Source of the DNA: the human T2T-CHM13v2.0 reference genome, Homo sapiens
Length of the DNA stretch: 64,000 nt
NCBI RefSeq assembly: GCF_009914755.1
Contig: NC_060925.1
Direction: 5' to 3' (one strand)
The position numbers and the translations under genes are program-made. Below the pieces are notes generated by a model that was not told where the DNA came from, did no database searches, and saw nothing but the letters and a program-made list of their open reading frames with translations. This document shows positions 54,440 through 64,000 of the stretch, one piece after another. Position 1 is the stretch's first letter. Every line of letters begins with the position of its first letter.

Positions 54440-57400
54440 TAACTCTAAATTAAATAGTAATACAAATAGCCAATATGTGTGTGGGACTTATGGTGGGCCA
54501 GGCACTGTTCAGTTACGGGCTTTATGTGCATCTTTTCATTTAAACTCCACAGAACCCTGACGCTTGGCATGGTCCATGGCCCCCTCCACACAGCCAGTTG
54601 GCCAGGGAGCCGAGGCAGCCTGTAAACGCTCTGCCTGGAGCTGCTCGTAAACAAAAACAGAGTGATCCACAAAAGGGCCCCAGAGTCTGGCACTGAATGG
54701 AATCCTACCTTCGGTCCAGCAACTGGAGAACGAAAGTCCACATCCTGATGACTGGTTCTGCACCTGGGGCTTAGAGCACATAGCAAGGGGCTGAGAAGCA
54801 GCCACCACATAATCAGTGACTGCAATTTCATCACACAGTCCTCCATGCCAGGCCCTGTGGGGAAACCAAGATATGTAAGGCAAGCCCTGCTCTTCGGAAT
54901 TTCTAATCTCAGTACTGAAAAGTTAATAACATAAGGACGCAGCCTATCTGTGGTAACACCATGGCATGAGCTGTGTGGATTCCAAGTGCTGAATGAAGCT
55001 GGAAGGGCAGAGGTCACATCGGGCCAGTATGTGCTTCTTGGAAGAGGTGGCATTTGAGTCACTTGAAGAATGAGCAGGAGATGAGGGATGGGAAGGAGAA
55101 GGCATTCCTGGGATGCCATGAGCAAAGTGTCACAGTTTTGCATTGATCACTGTCATCCATGTAAGAGCAAGGACAGCTCAGGCAGGTGGTGGCCATAGAA
55201 TGGAGGTGGACACATAAATATGTGGAGAAAGAAGGAAGTCTTTGGGTTAAAAGGCCAAGACTTGACACCTGTGAGGACCTGGAATCTAACCCTGTGTTTG
55301 TCTGTAAACCCAAGGCAAGTCACCCTTCTTCCGAGGCACAGTTTCTTCACCTGTAAAATGAAGGGACTGGGCAAGACGGTTTCTAAAGTTCCTAGGGCCA
55401 GGTGCAGTGGCTCACGCCTATCTTCACAATACTTTGGGAGGCTGATGCAGAAGGATCACTGGAGCTCCCTCAAGACCAGCCTGGGGAACACAGGAAGAAC
55501 CTTGTCTCTACAAAAAATTAAAAATATTAGCTGGACATGGTGGCAGGACCTGTGGTTCCAGCTACTCAGGAGGCTGAGCGGGGAGGATATTTTGAACCTG
55601 GGAGGTCGAGGCTGCAGTGAGCTGTGATCACACCACTGCACTTCAGCCTGGGCAATAAATAAATAAACAAGTAACAAAGTTCCTTACTACTTTAGAATCA
55701 GGGTAGAAAGGAGTGAAGATGACTTTAGGATTTTGAAGAACAGGCCCAGCAGCAGGAGGTGAGGAGTCTGGAGAACAGCAGATCTGGGGAGAGGCCTTCA
55801 GCTTTAGATAAAATGCGTGGACCCCTTCACGACTCTTCCTTCTGCTGGGGTCCTCCAGCGCTGCCACAGGCTGACCCGTTCTCAGACTTGCATGGGACGT
55901 GTGTTGCCTCCCTACGTCTCTCCCTGAGATGTGAGCCTGGCTACATCAAGGCCAGAGCAATGAGAGGCAGTGGCCCTTGCCCCAGCTTTTCCCCAATGAG
56001 GAAGCACCATCATCACCAACACCATCTTGCCACGATAGCACTGGAGAGCCTGCAGGTGAAGGTGGGGATCCCCTAAATTCACAATTAAGTTCCTTTACCC
56101 CAGGGAAATGGGCACTGGAAACAGAAACAGGCTGTTATTGAGAAATCAATTAACATATGGTCCCTGCATACTTCTGTTTGAGGGCCCCAATTAGCTCATA
56201 CCTGGTTCACAGGCAAACTTTCCAACAAACGGGGCAGATCTCATACTGGGTGTGTATAAGAGCCCCTGTGGAGGCTGGGCACAGTGACTCACAACTGTAA
56301 TCCCAGCACTTTGGGAGGCCAAGGCGGGAGGATCGCTTGAGCCCAGGAGATCCAGGCTGCAGTGAGCTAAGGTCATGCCACCGCACTCCAGCCTGGGTGA
56401 CAGACACCCTGTCCCAAAAAATAAAGAAGAACCCCTGTGGAGCTCATGAACAGGACCACCCAGAGGAGGGGACCAGGCACCTTTATTTTCATAACCTCCC
56501 AGGCAATTGTTAGGCACACTAAAGTGAGAGACTCTTTGGGGAGGATAGAGCTGCCCAGAGGGTTTGGGCTGGGAGAGCGGTGGGGCAGGGGCCCTCCCAA
56601 GAGGCAACAGGCTCCTCAGAGTGAGACTGAGCTGTCTCTCCACAGAGGGCAGGGGAGGGAGGGTGGCCCTGGGCAGAGGGGCTGAAGCTGGAGAGGCAGT
56701 GGAGGCCGGAGGGCACAGGCTTTGCGGCTGAGCAAGGGGCCAGGGCCAGATCCTGAAGCTGACGGGACAGGGGGCGCTGTGAGCAGGGACGGGAGGCCTT
56801 TCTGAGGCAGGAGAATCACTTGAACCCAGGAGGCGGAGGTTGCAGTGAGCTGAGATCATGCCACCACACTCCAGCCTGGGCAACAGAGCGAGACTCCATC
56901 TCAAAAAAAAAAAAACAAAACAAAAAGCAGATACACACCTTCCCGTCCACCCTTTGTCCACTGAGATGAGCTGGGCCTGTGGTGGGAGGGGTGAGCACCT
57001 CCTGCCTCAACTTGCATTTCCTTCCCAGCAGGCCCGGGCTCTCCTGCCTCTGACTTCAAGTCCTTGGTATGTATGAAATTCCTGCCTCTCCTCTGGCCGC
57101 CCTGCCTGCCTCCCTGGCTGCAGTTACAGTTTTGTCCCTTGTTCCTACCCTTTTATGTCTGCCTTTCTCAGGCCTTCAGCCCAATGTGTCAAGATTAATT
57201 TGATACCAAATTGGCTTTCTCTGGAAATTCAAGGAAAACTTCTAGGCACAAGAACAAGATTCCTTTGGGGAAAATGCTCATGGCCCCTTCCTCAAGGCAG
57301 TCCTGGGGTTGGATCCTTGACCCGACCCAGGCCGGGATAGCACCCTGGAGGGGGAGGCCCTGTCTGGAGGGAAACAGCTCGCTCAGGGTCTTGCACCCGC

Positions 57401-58006
57401 CCGCCCCACCTCCAACCCTGTGCCCTGCTCTTGACAGAGAGAGACAGGCCCTCCTCAAAGTATGACTAGGGCCCTTCTCACCCCCAGAGCTCACCTCTCT
57501 GTAAGGCTCTGCTCTGCTGGAAAAAAATTCTTCATTTACTTTTGGACTGGGGCGACAGATTGCAATTTGGGGCCATCATGGTTGGATGTTTATGTTCTCG
57601 GAGGAGCCTCTTTGGGGAAGGAAACTGGGTTTCTCTCACCTTCCTTATTTGAGACAAAATGTACTATTTCTTGCTCTTAATTCAGCATCTACAATTGTCC
57701 TGGGAATTGGGTGCAGTGCCATGGGGTCAGGACAGTAGTGTGATTCCAGACTCCAGAACAAAACAATAGGATGCTCTGTTTTCTCAAAATGCCTTGAGTC
57801 CTCAGGCCTGGCCCCCCAACCACTAGGCAGCGCCTATCCTTCCTCTGTGGTCTCACCCCTCTTCCCAGATCATTTGCCCTCACAACCACCTCACATTCTG
57901 TCCAGAACCCCCAAGCACAAGGAGCCTGCCAAGCTGGGAAGTCATCACAGAACTCAGTTCTACTGGCATATCTGCCACCAGAATTCGCAGTAAAGAGGAC
58001 AGGTTC

Positions 58007-60520
<2,514 letters not shown>

Positions 60521-60874
60521 GAAAGGTCCTGTACAGATGGCAGCATCATTTTTTCCCCCAATTCCTGGCACAGAGGCTGAGCCATTATTGTCAACCTACT
60601 GTGAAAAGACATTATGTCCTCTCTGTCACTGGCAAATCCTGACCAGAGTCTTGTTGGACTCTGAGAGCATCCCCAGCAAAGAACTCTGAGCATCACAGAG
60701 GAGCAGCATGAAGTCTTCCTTTAATGCAGTCTTGATCTACCTAGAACATCAGCTACAAAATAATTTTGCACAGCATCATTAACAATAGTGCTGCCTTCGT
60801 TTTGTATATGACTCCACAGCTTTCATACATATTCCATCAGTTGTATTTGGGGTTTTATGAAAACCTGTGAAGTT

Positions 60875-61478
<604 letters not shown>

Positions 61479-62299
61479 GAGTATATCTTTTTTAAAAAAG
61501 AAAATAAATAAAGAAATAAAGTCTACATAGCGGTGACTGGGAGACCAGAATATCCCATTCATGTCTTGGTCCTCATCGTACCAAATGGATCACATCCTGT
61601 TTCTTCATCATTTCATCAGGTGCAAGGCAGTTGGGCCGTGATGGGGCAGGACAACAACCAGAAAATGCTGGAATGTGGCCAGAGCTGAGGCAGTGCTCAC
61701 CCCACACACATTCATTAAATGCCTACTGTGTGCAGAGTGAGGTGGTGAATACAAAGGTAAACACAGCAAGGTGGTCTCACCCTCCAGTCCCTGGAAGAGC
61801 ACAGGTCACCACTGGCTGCTCTCATAGCAGCTGCCTAGTATGGGCGGCTGCGTCAAGCCAAAGCGGAATGGTCAGAAGAACAGCATCAGTGAGACAAAAC
61901 AGTGGAGACAGCATGACAGGACACGGACTCAACGGCTGGAAGCCAGCCTGGCGCGCAGCAATTGGGAATGGGGTGTCTGTTTTGGAACAAAGGAGTTGAG
62001 CAACCATGATTCGGAGAGGCAGAAAAGCAAACACCAGGCTTTCCGAAAATGGTTGCTATGACCACAAACCTAAAGACAGACAGCTGCATGTTCATTTCTG
62101 GGCCCCAACTGTACATATTATTGGTATTAGCATCAGCATTATCTTGGAATAGGGACAACGTCTTATATGAGGCATTCATTCAAAATGTTATTTAATTTAT
62201 AAAACTTCCTTATGCTACTGCCAGGGGAAAAAATTATTAAGTAAATTCAGCTAAATTTCTGGAAATTTTATTTGCATACAATGTATACAAATAACAGCG

Positions 62300-63401
<1,102 letters not shown>

Positions 63402-64000
63402 TAAAAACTTTTTATCCTGGAGACAGTGTCCACAAACTTAATCTGGTATTTCACAAGTTGCTGAGGCATAGGAAACTCTTTTCTTTCTACAATATTTTCA
63501 GACCACCAAGCCATGAGAGGTGACAGCAGTAGCAAATCTCATGAGCTCTTCGGTGAGCAGCCATTTCTTAGTGGAAAGGACTGTATCTGACCTTCAGTTC
63601 TCAGCAGTTACAAATGTCAAAGGCAGACCTTTTCTCTCCTCCCAGGCTCCCCTCCCACACTCCTGTCCTGCAGCTTCCCTCCCTGTAGATAAGTGAATGC
63701 TGATGAGGTGTGACTGGGCCAGGACTGAAGGGTCCCTGGCCCAAAATATCTTCCTCTGCCCGGAAGGCTGGGCTTCTCATCATCTATATCATACTCTGAG
63801 GTCTGGGGAAAGGGGCTTCCCCTTCAAAGCTAGCACTATAAATATGTCTCCAGGTTGTCACCAGGAGTCCCTAGATAAACCACCCCTCTGGGAGGGGCAT
63901 TAACCTTTTATCTTCTCAACCCATGTAGGAACTCAGGACTCAGATGGAGGATGAGGAGAGGCACCTCCCAGAGGCGCAGGTCAATCTGACCCGCTTCATG

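Noticed and set aside
56191-56961. 256-aa minus-strand ORF, the longest in the track
   Set aside because: Both ends are Alu-derived and the middle is GC-rich low-complexity sequence; non-ATG start and no domain

Overview
This is primate (almost certainly human) chr1q21 genomic DNA and is very Alu-rich. It holds two complete plus-strand protein-coding genes that can be rebuilt exon by exon with GT-AG junctions and consistent phases. TARS2 (mitochondrial threonyl-tRNA synthetase) has 18 coding exons, 6309-25904, totalling 2157 nt = 718 aa + stop, and hosts the tailed mirtron MIR6878 at the 3' end of intron 6. ECM1 (extracellular matrix protein 1) has 10 coding exons, 27050-32305, totalling 1623 nt = 540 aa + stop, plus the 57-nt optional exon 5a. 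A CpG island at about 33.9-35.1 kb drives the two-exon lncRNA FALEC/FAL1, whose splice sites lie in an Alu and a MaLR LTR. The remainder (37-64 kb) is intergenic: nested Alu, L1, L2, MIR, LTR and MER33 elements, microsatellites and a few enhancer-like unique islands. Nearly all ORFs in the supplied track are Alu or microsatellite artefacts. I see no evidence of a new multi-gene system. The most interesting unexplained signals are small-scale: a poison 3' splice site and competing fold coupled to the MIR6878 hairpin, a start-stop uORF in TARS2, a young 69-bp dispersed duplication just past the ECM1 poly(A) site, the exon 4/5/5a triplication with an in-frame retainable intron, a trimeric Alu, TSD-flanked chimeric Alus, and a candidate ECM1 enhancer inside the last TARS2 intron. 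Gene, miRNA and repeat-family names come from recognition and memory, not from a database search. Repeat boundaries are approximate.
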